Shown: positions 20,188 to 37,065, counted from the first letter of the whole stretch. The stretch is 63,624 nt of DNA, filler included, from Thermodesulfobacteriota bacterium (GCA_036381125.1; 4 parts of 4 records of this genome joined end to end with filler, not necessarily neighbours in it), one strand, 5' to 3'. Notes: generated from the letters alone by a model not told the origin. Made by a program: numbers and translations.

Positions 20188-21240
20188 TCACATTCGGCGC
20201 ACGGCGCGACCGCGCGACGCCCGGTGCCCGCCCCGGCGGCCGCGTCGGGCCCGCGGGTGAGCGGCCACGTAGACCTTCCGCAGGTGGAGCGGGCTCACGT
20301 GCGTATAGATCTCGGTCGTCGCGAGGCTCGAGTGCCCGAGCAGCTCCTGGATCGACCGGAGATCGGCCCCGCGTTCGAGCAGGTGCGTCGCGAACGCGTG
20401 ACGCAGGAGGTGCGGGTGCACCCGCCGGGCGAGCGCGACGGCCCGGATCCGGCGGTGCAGCGCCTGGCGGACGCCCGCCGTGGTGATCGCGTGCCCGGGG
20501 CGCCCGAGGAACACGGCCACCTCGTCCTCGGGGCGGGCCGTCCCGCGCGCCATGGCCCGGCTCAAGAGCCGGCGACGGGCTGGCCAGTAGGCGCGCAGCG
20601 CCGCACAGGCCGCCTCGCCGATCGGGACCACGCGCTCCCGCCGGCCCTTGCCGAGGACCCGCACGGCCCCACCGTCGAGGTCGACGTCCGCGAGCCGGAG
20701 GCCGCAGCACTCCGCGTTCCGGATCCCGGTCGCGTAGAGCAGCTCGAAGAGGGCACGGTCGCGCGCGCCGAGCGGCGTCGCGGGGAAGGGCGCGTCGAGG
20801 ATCGCCCGGACGTCCGCGAGCGAGAGCGTCACCGGCAGGCGACGCCGCACCCGACGGGGCAGCTCGAGGTCGGCGGCGGGGTTCGCCGTGATGGCCCCCT
20901 CGCGCCGCGCGAAGTCGAAGAACCGGCGCACCGCCACGACGCGCCGGTGGCGCGTGTTGGGGCCGGTCCGTGGGTACTGGTCGGCGAGCCACCCGCGCAG
21001 GTCGTCGAGTGTGATCTCCCCGATCGTCGGCGGCCGGCCGCCACGCCGCGCGGTCAGGAAGGCGAGCAGGAGCTGGAGATCCCCGCCGTAGCCGCGCAAC
21101 GTCTCCTTCGAGGCATCGCACTCGACGGCCAAGTGACGGAGCCACTGGAGGCCCACGGTCGCCGCGAGCGGCGTGCCGCCGTCGACGGCGGGCGCATACA
21201 CGGGGCGCGCAGGGACAGGTATCACAGGATCGCTGACCAT
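20188..21240 (-). CDS. Tyrosine recombinase, XerC/XerD-like
   Basis: N-terminal SAM-like domain; catalytic set intact: LYATGIR, VLGKG..ER.VP, HLLRHAFATHLL..GADL..IQELLGH, TEIYTHV. Start ATG 21240 behind GGAGG. Confidence 0.92.
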   Translation of the reverse strand: MVSDPVIPVPARPVYAPAVDGGTPLAATVGLQWLRHLAVECDASKETLRGYGGDLQLLLAFLTARRGGRPPTIGEITLDDLRGWLADQYPRTGPNTRHRRVVAVRRFFDFARREGAITANPAADLELPRRVRRRLPVTLSLADVRAILDAPFPATPLGARDRALFELLYATGIRNAECCGLRLADVDLDGGAVRVLGKGRRERVVPIGEAACAALRAYWPARRRLLSRAMARGTARPEDEVAVFLGRPGHAITTAGVRQALHRRIRAVALARRVHPHLLRHAFATHLLERGADLRSIQELLGHSSLATTEIYTHVSPLHLRKVYVAAHPRARRGRRGGHRASRGRAVRRM

Positions 21241-21571
21241 GGAGAACCCTCCGGATCTGAGCATCACGGACGCCCGGCCGCGAGCGTCCGGACAGCGAGG
21301 GCGTCCCTGTAGTCGATCGGCCGGCCCCGAAACGGTGAGCCATCCCACGTTTGACTCGTCAACTGGCGGCGGGCCACCGCCGGCTTGAACACGCGTCGCC
21401 TCGCCCCCCGCCAGGCCCAGGTCGGGATCCCGCGCGCGTTGAGGCCGGCCGGCACGAGCAGCAGATAACCTCGCCTACCTGATGGTCACGCGCCACCAGT
21501 AGCCCCCGCGGCGCGGCCCGGCGCCGCCGGGCGCGCCCAGTCGAGGACGCCGCACGCGCGGCCGGCCGGCC

Positions 21572-21940
21572 TCACGGCTGGCCGATCTGCGCGCGGACCT
21601 GGGCGAGGACGGCGTCGGGATCGAACGGCTTGGCGAGGAACGCGGTGCATCCGGCCGCAAGCACCGCCTGGCGGGTGGCGGCGTCGCCGCGGGCCGAGAC
21701 GACGAAGACCGGCAGGGAGGGCCAGCGGCGCCGGATCACCGGGCAGAGGCTGAGGCCGTCGCCGTCGGGAAGGACGAGGTCGAGCAGGACCAGCGCGGGC
21801 GGCGGGCCCTGGGCGAGCGCCTGGTGCGCTTCCGCCAGCGTGAACGCGACCTGCACCGCGTACCCCTCAGGTTCGAGCAGGAACCTGAATAGCTGTGCGC
21901 AGTCGACTTCGTCCTCCACGACCAGGATGCGCTTCGGCAT
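21572..21940 (-). CDS. Single-domain response regulator (receiver)
   Basis: ILVVEDE, LVLLDLVLPDGDG (phospho-Asp), VVSA, FLAKPF. Confidence 0.93.
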   Translation of the reverse strand: MPKRILVVEDEVDCAQLFRFLLEPEGYAVQVAFTLAEAHQALAQGPPPALVLLDLVLPDGDGLSLCPVIRRRWPSLPVFVVSARGDAATRQAVLAAGCTAFLAKPFDPDAVLAQVRAQIGQP

Positions 21941-22043
21941 CTCGCGCGCCTCGCAGTCGCGTCCCGGCCGCGACCGTCACCCCGCGCGCCGCAACGCGGC
22001 GCACAGGCGCGCGCCGGATCGGCGCGCGAACGCAACGAAGATC

Positions 22044-22073
22044 ACTCTACAGGTCGCCGGAGGAGGCCGTCAA
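22044..22073 (-). promoter_or_regulatory. Putative sigma70 promoter of the response regulator
   Basis: Minus strand TTGACG, 18 nt, TAGAGT. Confidence 0.4.
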
Positions 22074-22114
22074 CGGACGGCCCCGTCACCTCGCTGCCGG
22101 ACCGAGCGGCGCGG

Positions 22115-23047
22115 TCACGTTGCGCTGGGAGCGCCCACCCGGCGGGCGAGGAAGGCCGCGAGCTCGGCGGCGAGGGCGCGCGGGTTGTCGCCCTGCACCG
22201 TGTGCCCGGCGCCCTCGATGCGGATCCACTCGCCCCTCGGCAGCCGCGCCGCGAGCCGCTCCGCGTCCTCGTCCAGGAATACGTCGCTCTGCGCGCCCCG
22301 CACGACGAGCGTGGGACAGGTGACCTTCGGCACCGCGGCCCAGAGCGCCGCCTGCCGGCGAGCCATCTCCTCGGGGTCGTGCCGCCCTCGGTGCCGCCGA
22401 TCGTTCTTCCAGACCCACTTGCCGTTCGGCTGCTGCCGGAGGTTGTGCAGGAGGCTGCGACGCAGCAGCTTCGGGTCCCGCCGCGGGTTGAAGGCGAGGG
22501 CCTGCTCGACCGCGTGCTCGACGGAGTCGAACTCCGGCACCGCCATCGTGAACTGCCGGATGCGGCGCGCCCCCTCGATCCGCACCTCGGGCCCGACGTC
22601 GACGAGGACGAGGGCCGCAAGGCGGCCGGCGGCCTCTCCGGCATACGCGAGGCCGTTCGCTCCGCCCATCGACATGCCCACGAGGACGAGGCCCTCGAGG
22701 CCCAGGTGGTCCACGAAGGCGGCGATGTCCTGCCGGTGCGCCTCGAGCGAGTAGTCCATCGTCGGCGACCACTCGCTGTCGCCGTGACCGCGCTGGTCGA
22801 GGGCGAGGCAGTGGTAGTCCTCCCGGAGGGCCAGGCACACGAGGTCCCAGGTATGGGCCGTGAGCCCGCCCCCGTGCAGGAAGAGGATCGGCCGCTTGCC
22901 GGCGCTCCCCCAGTCGAGGTAATGGAACCGCATCCCCCGCAGGACGACGTCGTGCTCCTCGGGCACGGCGAGCCGCGCGACCGGCACGCCGGCCACCTCG
23001 ACGGCGGTGCGGAGGTGATCGAGGTAGTCATCTGGAGAGAGCGCCAC
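22115..23047 (-). CDS. Alpha/beta fold hydrolase
   Basis: LFLHGGG, ALDQRGHGDS, GMSMGG nucleophile, RGAQSD, GAGHTVQGDNP; AGAAGGAGG RBS. Confidence 0.92.
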   Translation of the reverse strand: MALSPDDYLDHLRTAVEVAGVPVARLAVPEEHDVVLRGMRFHYLDWGSAGKRPILFLHGGGLTAHTWDLVCLALREDYHCLALDQRGHGDSEWSPTMDYSLEAHRQDIAAFVDHLGLEGLVLVGMSMGGANGLAYAGEAAGRLAALVLVDVGPEVRIEGARRIRQFTMAVPEFDSVEHAVEQALAFNPRRDPKLLRRSLLHNLRQQPNGKWVWKNDRRHRGRHDPEEMARRQAALWAAVPKVTCPTLVVRGAQSDVFLDEDAERLAARLPRGEWIRIEGAGHTVQGDNPRALAAELAAFLARRVGAPSAT

Positions 23048-23131
23048 GGCACCTCCTTCTTCGGGCGTCTTCGGGTCGTCGGCGACGCGGCGGGCACGGG
23101 CGCCGCCCGGCTCGCCGCACGCCGGAGGGGA

Positions 23132-23485
23132 TCACGCGATCGGGTCGCCCGGCGCCGCCACCGGCGGGTCGGGGCGGAGCAGGTGCACCACCCCCTCGGC
23201 GGTCACCGCGCCGAGGACGAGCACCTCGGACGGGAACCCGGCGATCCGGCGCACGGGGAAGTTCACCACCGCCACCACCTGGCGCCCGATGAGGCTCTCG
23301 GGCGTGTAGAGGTGCGTGATCTGCGCACTCGAACGCTTCACGCCGAGCGGGCCGAAGTCGATGGTCAGCTTGATGGCCGGCTTGCGAGCCTCCGGGAAGG
23401 GCTCGGCGTGGGTGACGACGCCCACCCGAATGTCGACGGCGAAGAACTGGTCGGGAGTCACCTGGGGCTTCGACGTGCCGCTCAC
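23132..23485 (-). CDS. csaA: CsaA-type tRNA-binding protein / secretion chaperone
   Basis: [53 protein letters not shown] overlaps the tag stop. Confidence 0.9.
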   Translation of the reverse strand: MSGTSKPQVTPDQFFAVDIRVGVVTHAEPFPEARKPAIKLTIDFGPLGVKRSSAQITHLYTPESLIGRQVVAVVNFPVRRIAGFPSEVLVLGAVTAEGVVHLLRPDPPVAAPGDPIA

Positions 23486-24060
23486 GATCGACCTCGCGCG
23501 GGGTAGCGGAAGCAGCCGACGAGGTGGTCGTTCACCATCCCCGTGGCCTGCATGAAGGCGTAGCAGATGGTCGTGCCGACGAAGGCGAAGCCGCGCTTCG
23601 CCAGGTCCTTGCTCATGGCGTCGGACTCCGGCGTGCGCGACGGCACCTCGCGCAGTGTCCGCCAGCCGTTCACCCGGGGGCTGCCGCCCACGAAGCGCCA
23701 GATGTAGGCGTCGAAGCTGCCGAACGCGTCCTGCACGGCGAGGAACGCCTTCGCGTTCCGTACGGCGGCCTCGACCTTGAGGCGGTTGCGCACGATCCCC
23801 GGGTCGGCCAGCAGCGCCCGGCGCTTGCGAGCGTCGTAGCGGGCCACCCTCGCCGGGTCGAAGCCGTCGAAGACCTCGCGGTAGCGGGCGCGCTTGCCGA
23901 GGATGGTCTCCCAGGAGAGGCCGGCCTGCGCCCCCTCGAGGATCAGGAACTCGAACAGCGTCCGGTCGTCGTGCACCGGCACGCCCCACTCCTCGTCGTG
24001 ATAGGCGAGGTAGAGCGGGTTCGTGAGCTTCACCCAGCCGCAGCGCTCGCGGTCCGACAC
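23482..24060 (-). CDS. tag: DNA-3-methyladenine glycosylase I
   Basis: [66 protein letters not shown] before GTG 24060. Confidence 0.96.
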   Translation of the reverse strand: MSDRERCGWVKLTNPLYLAYHDEEWGVPVHDDRTLFEFLILEGAQAGLSWETILGKRARYREVFDGFDPARVARYDARKRRALLADPGIVRNRLKVEAAVRNAKAFLAVQDAFGSFDAYIWRFVGGSPRVNGWRTLREVPSRTPESDAMSKDLAKRGFAFVGTTICYAFMQATGMVNDHLVGCFRYPARGRS

Positions 24061-24215
24061 GTCGTCTCTCCTGAGCGATTGCGCCGGCACCCCGGCGTCG
24101 GCCTCGCGGCGCGGCCCGCGGCCGGGTGCCCATCGGCCCGAGGTTCGCAGGGCCGATGCATGCCGCCGGCCGGTGCGTTCCGGCTGGTCGCGCAACCGGC
24201 CGCTGCGGACAGGCC

Positions 24216-24509
24216 CTAGTCGGGCTCCCTCATGACCGCCGCCAGGCCGTCGAGGCAGACGGCGCAGACGACCAGCTCGGGGTCGCCGAGCCGCGCGCCG
24301 CGGCGCGGCGCGCCGGTCGGACGCCCGCACAGGGCGCAGGTACCCGGCACGGACGTCAGCGCCGAGCGGCCCCGATCGACGCAGTCGACGCAGAGGCGCG
24401 GTCCCGCGGCCGGGCCGGCCACCGCCTCCACCTGCTCCGGCAGGCGGCCGCAGCCGACGCACCCGCGGGGATCGTCCGGGTAGACGTCGGGGTAATTGCC
24501 GTCGGCCAT
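24216..24509 (-). CDS. Small protein with two C4 zinc-finger units (ClpX-type zinc-finger-like)
   Basis: CVGC..CVDC..CALC..CAVC in 97 aa; ATG 6 nt after TACACT. Confidence 0.65.
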   Translation of the reverse strand: MADGNYPDVYPDDPRGCVGCGRLPEQVEAVAGPAAGPRLCVDCVDRGRSALTSVPGTCALCGRPTGAPRRGARLGDPELVVCAVCLDGLAAVMREPD

Positions 24510-24609
24510 CGCCCCAGTGTACAGCCGTCCGTCGCCGCCGCGACGCCGCTCGCCGCGAAGGCTGCGCAGGCCCTGGGCCGACAGGCGCACCGCTGTCCGC
24601 GGCCGGTCC

Positions 24610-27531
<2,922 letters not shown>

Positions 27532-27534
27532 CCC

Positions 27535-28380
27535 TCAGCCCTCGTAGGTCTCGCCGGGGCCGGGGAACCGCCCGGCCTTGACGTCGGCGACGTACTCGGC
27601 CGCCGCGCGCCGGATCGCCCCGCCGACGTCCGCGTAGCGCCGGACGAAGCGCGGCGCGCGCCCCTCGGGCACGAGGCCGATCAGGTCGTGCAGCACCAGG
27701 ACCTGGCCGTCGCAGTGCGGGCCGGCGCCGATCCCGATCGTCGGGATGCCGACCGCCCGGGTCACCTCCGCTCCGAGCGACCCCGGCACCCCCTCCACGA
27801 CGAGCGCGAACGCGCCGGCCGCCTCGACCGCACGCGCGTCGGCCACGATGGCCTCCCGGGCGGCCGCCTCGCGGCCCTGGACCCGGTAGCCGCCGAGCGC
27901 GTGGACCGCCTGCGGCGCCAGGCCGACGTGGCCCATGACGGGGATGCCGGCCGCGACGATCGCCCGGATCTGGGGCGCCATGGCCTCGCCGCCCTCGAGC
28001 TTGACGGCGTCGGCTCCCGCCTCCTTGAGGAGCCGCCCGGCGTTCAGCACCGCCGCCTCGACGGAGGCCTGGTAGGAGAGGAAGGGGAGATCGGCGACGA
28101 CGAGCGCCCGGCGGCGGCCGCGGCAGACCGCACGTGTATGGTAGACGATCTCGTCAAGGGTGACGGGGAGGGTCGACTCGAGCCCCGCGACCACCATCCC
28201 GACCGAGTCGCCGACGAGCAGGATCTCCACGCCGGCGTCGTCGAGCAGCCGCGCCGTCGGCGCGTCGTACGCCGTCAGCATGGCGAGCGGCTCCGCCCGA
28301 CCCTTCGCCGCGCGCACTGCCGGAACCGTGACCCGGCGCGCAGCCGGCGCCGCCGCCCCTGTCGACCGATCGGTACTCAC
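27535..28380 (-). CDS. panB: 3-methyl-2-oxobutanoate hydroxymethyltransferase
   Basis: [46 protein letters not shown]. Confidence 0.97.
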   Translation of the reverse strand: MSTDRSTGAAAPAARRVTVPAVRAAKGRAEPLAMLTAYDAPTARLLDDAGVEILLVGDSVGMVVAGLESTLPVTLDEIVYHTRAVCRGRRRALVVADLPFLSYQASVEAAVLNAGRLLKEAGADAVKLEGGEAMAPQIRAIVAAGIPVMGHVGLAPQAVHALGGYRVQGREAAAREAIVADARAVEAAGAFALVVEGVPGSLGAEVTRAVGIPTIGIGAGPHCDGQVLVLHDLIGLVPEGRAPRFVRRYADVGGAIRRAAAEYVADVKAGRFPGPGETYEG

Positions 28381-28429
28381 CGCCGTCCTCCTCTGGCGAT
28401 CGGGCGTCCGGGACCGGGTCGCCGACCGC

Positions 28430-29335
28430 TCACCGGTCGGCCGGCGGACGCCCGAGCAGCGTGTTGTCGATCAGGCGGACCTGGCCCACGTGGGCGGCGA
28501 CCGCCACCAGCACCGGCCCCTCGACCCGCTCGACGTCGACGAGCGTCTCCGGATCGCAGACGTGGCAGTACTCCAGGCGGATCGACGGGCCGCCGCCCGG
28601 CCGGGCCGGCGCCGCGTCGATCGCCCGGGTGACGGCCGACCAGAGCGCCCGGGCTCGCCGCTCGCCCGACGCGTGCAGGGCGCGCGCCGCCTCGAGGCCG
28701 CGCGGGATCGTGAGCGCCGCCACCCGGTCGGCCGGCGTGAGCCGCTCGTTGCGCGACGAGAGCGCGAGGCCGTCGGCGTCGCGCACCGTCGGGTGCGCCA
28801 CGATCTCGATCGGCATGTGGAGGTCGGCCACCATGCGCCGCACGATCTGGAGCTGCTGGAAGTCCTTCTCGCCGAAGACCGCCACGTCCGGCTGCACGAT
28901 GTTGAACAGGGCCGCGACGACCGTGCAGACGCCCCGGAAGTGTCCCGGCCGGAACGGCCCGCAGAGCCGGTCCGCGAGCGGGCCGGGCTGGACCCAGGTC
29001 TGGTGCCCCGCCGGGTAGATGGCGGCCGCCTCCGGGACGAACGCCACGTCGACGCCGACCGTCGCCGCCAGCTCGAGGTCCCGCTCGAGCGACCGGGGGT
29101 ATTGCTGGAAGTCCTCCGCCCGGTTGAACTGCGTCGGGTTCACGAAGATCGACAGGACGAGCAGGTCGCCCCGGCTGCGCGCGGCGCGCAGGAGCGCCAG
29201 GTGCCCCTCGTGCAGCGAGCCCATGGTGGGCACGAAGGCCACGCGCCGGCCGGCGCGGCGCTCGGCGTTCGCCCTCGCCAGCATCTCGCGCGGGTCCGAG
29301 ATCCGTGCGATCGTCCCGACCTTGACGTCCGTCAT
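28430..29335 (-). CDS. panC: Pantoate--beta-alanine ligase
   Basis: FVPTMGSLHEGH, SIFVNPTQF, RPGHFRGV, FGEKDFQQ, DGLALSSRN, VRLIDN; ATG overlaps upstream TGA. Confidence 0.97.
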   Translation of the reverse strand: MTDVKVGTIARISDPREMLARANAERRAGRRVAFVPTMGSLHEGHLALLRAARSRGDLLVLSIFVNPTQFNRAEDFQQYPRSLERDLELAATVGVDVAFVPEAAAIYPAGHQTWVQPGPLADRLCGPFRPGHFRGVCTVVAALFNIVQPDVAVFGEKDFQQLQIVRRMVADLHMPIEIVAHPTVRDADGLALSSRNERLTPADRVAALTIPRGLEAARALHASGERRARALWSAVTRAIDAAPARPGGGPSIRLEYCHVCDPETLVDVERVEGPVLVAVAAHVGQVRLIDNTLLGRPPADR

Positions 29336-30774
29336 CACACCCCCGCCAGGCTCCGGCCGGCCGTCAGGAGCGCCGCGACCCGCGCTGGCGTCGCCGCCTC
29401 CGCGTAGATGCGCAGCACCGGTTCGGTCCCCGAGGGCCTCACGAGGAGCCACGCGCCGTCCTCGAGGATGAACTTGTACCCGTCGCGCGCGTGACGCTCG
29501 ACGACCGGAAGGCCGTCGAGGTGCGGGACCGTCGCCCGCTCGAGCCGCGCCTTCACCTCGTGCCTGGCCTCGGGCGCGATCTCGAGGTCGATGCGGTCGT
29601 ACGCGTGAGGCCCGACGCGCCGCTCGAGGTCGCCCACGACGGCCTCGAGCGGACGCCCCGCCCGGGCCACGATGGCGGCGAGGAGGAGGCCGCCGAGGAG
29701 GCCGTCGCGCTCCGGCAGGTGCGCCGGAAGCCCGATGCCGCCCGACTCCTCGCCCCCGATGAGCACGTCGCCCCGGAGCATCTCGGCGCAGACGTACTTG
29801 AAGCCGATCGGCGTCTCGGTGAGCGGGCAGCCGTACGCGGCGGCCAGCCGCTCCACCATCCGCGTCGTCGAGACCGTCTTCACCACGCGCCCCCGGCGCC
29901 CCTGACGGCCGGCGAGGTCGTCGAGGAAGAGCGCGAGGATCTGGTGGGACGAGACGAACCGGCCGGTCGAGTCGACCGCGCCGATCCGGTCCGCGTCGCC
30001 GTCGCAGGCCAGGCCGAGGAGCGCCCCCTCGCGGCGCACCGCCTCGACCAGCGCCTCGAGGTTCTTCGGCACCGGCTCGGGGTTCACGCCGCCGAAGCCG
30101 GGGTTCCACTCCCCCCGGATCTCCACCACGTCGGCGCCCGCCTGCGAAAGGAGCCGGGCGAGGTGCGCCGCCGCCGCCCCGTGCATGGGGTCCACGACCA
30201 CGCGGAGCGGCCGGCCCAGGGCGGCGCGCGCCCCCCGGATGGCCTCGGCGTCGACCTGGCGCCAGAGCGCCGCCTCGTAGTCCGGCCACGGGTCGAACGC
30301 CGTGACCCGCTTGAGGCGCCTCGCCTCGGCGAGGTCGAGGAAGGCCGGGGGGTCGACGCGGCTCGCGACGGCGCGCTCGATGCGCGCGGTCGTCTCCGGC
30401 GCCGCGGAGCCGCCGAAGGGCTCCTTGAACTTGAGGCCGTTCCACTCCGGCGGGTTGTGCGAGGCCGTGACGACGATCCCCACGCCGGCCCCCGACGCCT
30501 TCACGGCGTGCGCCACGACCGGCGTCGGCAGGTACCCGGCGGCGAGCCGGCAGACGTGCCCGTTGCCGGCCACGACGGCCGCGGCCTCCGCCGCGTAGCG
30601 GTCGGAGAGGAAGCGGCGATCGTACCCCACGAGGACGCCGGCGGCAAGCTGCGGCGCGGGGAAGGCGTCCATCGCCCCCTGCACCACCATCCGGACGCTC
30701 TCGAACGTGAAGTCGCGGCTGATGACGCCGCGCCAGCCGTCGGTGCCGAAGCTGATCGCCGGACGCGCGCCCAC
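29335..30774 (-). CDS. Phosphoglucomutase/phosphomannomutase family protein
   Basis: ISFGTDGWRG, TASHNP (phospho-Ser), DGDADR, GGEESGG, VRPSGTEP.LRIY. Confidence 0.95.
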   Translation of the reverse strand: MGARPAISFGTDGWRGVISRDFTFESVRMVVQGAMDAFPAPQLAAGVLVGYDRRFLSDRYAAEAAAVVAGNGHVCRLAAGYLPTPVVAHAVKASGAGVGIVVTASHNPPEWNGLKFKEPFGGSAAPETTARIERAVASRVDPPAFLDLAEARRLKRVTAFDPWPDYEAALWRQVDAEAIRGARAALGRPLRVVVDPMHGAAAAHLARLLSQAGADVVEIRGEWNPGFGGVNPEPVPKNLEALVEAVRREGALLGLACDGDADRIGAVDSTGRFVSSHQILALFLDDLAGRQGRRGRVVKTVSTTRMVERLAAAYGCPLTETPIGFKYVCAEMLRGDVLIGGEESGGIGLPAHLPERDGLLGGLLLAAIVARAGRPLEAVVGDLERRVGPHAYDRIDLEIAPEARHEVKARLERATVPHLDGLPVVERHARDGYKFILEDGAWLLVRPSGTEPVLRIYAEAATPARVAALLTAGRSLAGV

Positions 30775-30776
30775 GG

Positions 30777-31751
30777 CTAGAGCTTCACCTCCACGTGGGC
30801 CTTCGCCCGGAGGTCCTTGACCCACTGGCTGACCGCCTTCTCGAACTCCTCGTCGTAGAGCTTCCGGTAGATCTCGTCGCGCACCTCCTCGAACGGGCGC
30901 GGCTCGCCCCCTTCGCGCGTGACGAGCTGCAGGAGCGCGACGCCGCCGTCGAGCACGACCGGCTCGGAGACCTGACCCGGCTCGAGGCCCTTGATCGCCT
31001 CCTCGAAGCGGGGGTCGAGCGCGGCGGCCGGCATGACGCCGAGGTCGCCCCCCTCTTCTGCCGCCGGACCCCTGGAGTGGGCCTTCACCAGATCCTCGAA
31101 CGGCTCGCCGTTGAGCGCCCGGAGCCTGAGCGCCTGCGCCTCGGCGCGCGCGATGGCCCGCTCGGCGTCGCTCGCGCCCGGCGAGACCGGGACCAGGAGC
31201 AGGCGCAACCGGACCGATGCCGGGGGCGTGAAGCGCGCCGCGTTGGCCTCGTAGTAGGCCCGGAGCCGCGAGTCGGGGATGCTGAGGGAGCCGCGGACCA
31301 GGCGGCTCACCGCCTTGGCCCGCCGGATGTTGTCCTTGAGGCGCTCCCGGTACTCCTCGAAGGTGAGGCCCTCGGCCGCGAGCGCGCGCTCGAGCTCCTC
31401 CTGCGAGAGCTTCTCCCGCTCGCGGACCGCCGCGATCTCTGCGTCCACCTCCTGCTCGGACACCGTCACGTTCGCCCGGGCCGCCTCCTGCGAGATGAGG
31501 GCCGCCTCGATCAGGCGGTCGAGCGTCTCGCGCCGCGCCTTCTCCCGCTCGTCCGGCGCCGTGGGGACGGGCGGCGGGATCTGGCTGTCCACCTCGGAGA
31601 GGGTGATGACCTGGTCGTTCACGACCGCCGCGATCCGGTCGACCAGGATGGGGCTCGGGGCGGGCGCCGGCCCGTCGGCCGCGCGCACGGGGACGCCGGC
31701 GAGCGGCGCCGCGGCGACGAGCGCGAGGAGGATCGCCGCGCGGCCGCGCAT
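30777..31751 (-). CDS. SurA-like parvulin peptidyl-prolyl isomerase / periplasmic chaperone
   Basis: Signal peptide; VDRIAAVVNDQVITLSE (SurA N-terminus), F..L...HS, GGDLG, GQVSEP. Confidence 0.9.
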   Translation of the reverse strand: MRGRAAILLALVAAAPLAGVPVRAADGPAPAPSPILVDRIAAVVNDQVITLSEVDSQIPPPVPTAPDEREKARRETLDRLIEAALISQEAARANVTVSEQEVDAEIAAVREREKLSQEELERALAAEGLTFEEYRERLKDNIRRAKAVSRLVRGSLSIPDSRLRAYYEANAARFTPPASVRLRLLLVPVSPGASDAERAIARAEAQALRLRALNGEPFEDLVKAHSRGPAAEEGGDLGVMPAAALDPRFEEAIKGLEPGQVSEPVVLDGGVALLQLVTREGGEPRPFEEVRDEIYRKLYDEEFEKAVSQWVKDLRAKAHVEVKL

Positions 31752-32753
31752 CTACCGTGCGGACGCGCCCGCGGCGGGCTCGGGCGAGGCGCCCTCGTCC
31801 GCCGCGGCGCCGGCGAGGGTGGGATCGAGGATCTCGACCCTGGCCTTGGCCCGCAGGTTCGCGAGCCAGGCCTCGGTTGCCTGCTCGGCGCGGCTCGTGT
31901 TGAGCACCCGGAGGATCTCGGCGCGCGCCTGATCGAGCGTCTGCTGCCGCGCCGGCCGGCGCTCCTCGAGCCTGAGCACGTGGAAGCCGAACGGCGACTG
32001 GAACACCGGGGACAGCTCGCCGGGCGCGAGCGCCCGCGCCGCCTCGTCGATCTCCGGCGGCATCCGCCCCTCCGGGACGAAGCCGAGGTCGCCCCCGCGG
32101 GACTTCTCCGGCGAGATCGACTTCGCGGTCGCGAGCGCCGCGAAGTCGGCGCCGGCCGCGAGCTGCGCGCGCAGGGCCTCGGCCTCCGGCCGCGAGGCGA
32201 CCGTGAGGAGACGCGCGCGGTACTGCGCCGGCTCGGCGAACTCGCGCCGGTGCGCCTCGTAGTACTCCCGCACGTCGAACTCGCGGATCGGCCTGGGCGG
32301 CGGGACGGTGGCGAGGATGGCGCGGATCAGGAGCTGCTCGCCCACCTGCGTGCGGAAGCCCTCCGGCGTGAGCCCCTCGACCTCGAGCATCCTGGCGAAC
32401 GCCTCGGCCCCCATCGCCGCCTCCTCGGCGCGCGCCTTGGCCTCGACGTCGGCGGCCGGGATGGACAGGCCGCGGCGCTCGGCCTCGGCCAACAGGATGC
32501 GCTCGTCCACGAGCTGGTCGAGGATGCTGGCCCGCAGGCCGGGATCGGCGTCCGACACGTCGGCCTGGCCGGTGACCCGCCTGAGCCGGCGCTCCAGCTC
32601 GCTCGCGGTGATGGGCGCACCGTCGACCGTGGCGATGGTCACGTCCGGCCTGGCCGCGGACCGACCGACGGCAGCGGCGGGGCCCTGCCCTCGCTCGCAG
32701 GCGCCGAGCCACAGGGCCAGGACGAGCAGGACCGACACGGGGCGTTCGGACAT
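31752..32753 (-). CDS. PpiC/PrsA-type parvulin isomerase lipoprotein
   Basis: Lipobox LWLGAC; IATVDG.PIT, DFAALA..KS, GGDLGF, SPFGFHV; GGAG RBS before ATG 32753. Confidence 0.9.
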   Translation of the reverse strand: MSERPVSVLLVLALWLGACERGQGPAAAVGRSAARPDVTIATVDGAPITASELERRLRRVTGQADVSDADPGLRASILDQLVDERILLAEAERRGLSIPAADVEAKARAEEAAMGAEAFARMLEVEGLTPEGFRTQVGEQLLIRAILATVPPPRPIREFDVREYYEAHRREFAEPAQYRARLLTVASRPEAEALRAQLAAGADFAALATAKSISPEKSRGGDLGFVPEGRMPPEIDEAARALAPGELSPVFQSPFGFHVLRLEERRPARQQTLDQARAEILRVLNTSRAEQATEAWLANLRAKARVEILDPTLAGAAADEGASPEPAAGASAR

Positions 32754-32814
32754 GGGCGCTCCGGAGGAGGACCGCGTCACCAGGGGGGGCGAAAAGCGCG
32801 GCAAGACTACCACC

Positions 32815-36447
<3,633 letters not shown>

Positions 36448-36521
36448 GCGAAAGCGCCAGAGTCTACCGCGCGACGCGCCGGCCGGTCAACGGTCACGAC
36501 GCGTTAAAGGCGCGACATCCC

Positions 36522-36551
36522 TTGACTTCTCGGGGGGCCGGGCAGTACGCT
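36522..36551 (+). promoter_or_regulatory. Putative sigma70 promoter of tatBC (likely leaderless)
   Basis: TTGACT (36522-36527), 18 nt, TACGCT (36546-36551), 7 nt before ATG; no SD. Confidence 0.55.
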
Positions 36552-36558
36552 GACCCGC

Positions 36559-37065
36559 ATGTTCGGCATCGGGATGCCCGAGCTCGTGCTGATCCTCGTG
36601 ATCGCGCTGATCGTGCTCGGGCCGTCGAAGCTCCCGGAGATCGCGCGCGCCCTCGGCAGGGGGATGCACGAGTTTCGCAAGGCCACGGACGATCTGCGGG
36701 ACAACCTCATGGCCGAGCCGCCGCGGTACGAGTCCACCACCGCGCCGGTCGATCCGGGTACGAGCACGCCGTCCACCGGCGCGCCGGTCAGCACGCCGCC
36801 GGCGGCCGTGGGCGTCGAGGCGGCGGACCGCTCCGGCGAGGCGTCCGCGCAGCGGCAGCAAGACCCGGCCGAAGGCGCGTTCGACACGCCGGCCGCGGAT
36901 CCGGCGCCGGCCGCGGACGAGACGGCCGGCGACCGCGCGGCGCAGTACGTCGCAGAGGAACTCGACTTCGGCCGCGAGACCTCTCGGACCGACGACGCGG
37001 CGGGGCGGGCCGACGCCGGCGCGGCGCCGTCGCGGCCCGGCAGCGACCCGGTCCAGCCGGCCTGA
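36559..37065 (+). CDS. tatB: Twin-arginine translocase TatA/TatB subunit
   Basis: [35 protein letters not shown]; long acidic disordered tail; directly upstream of tatC. Confidence 0.85.
   Translation: MFGIGMPELVLILVIALIVLGPSKLPEIARALGRGMHEFRKATDDLRDNLMAEPPRYESTTAPVDPGTSTPSTGAPVSTPPAAVGVEAADRSGEASAQRQQDPAEGAFDTPAADPAPAADETAGDRAAQYVAEELDFGRETSRTDDAAGRADAGAAPSRPGSDPVQPA

Noticed and set aside
21351..21362. TTGAC-TC-GTCAA palindrome upstream of the recombinase as a dif/att site
   Set aside because: Only 5-bp arms; no match to the 28-bp dif layout and no partner site seen.
29335..32712. Apparent giant fusion ORFs (1125 aa ending in the phosphomutase; also 38026-40863, 28430-30445, 10043-11077)
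   Set aside because: The N-terminal extensions are off-frame read-through across neighbouring genes; real starts are internal, several with overlapping stop/start codons.
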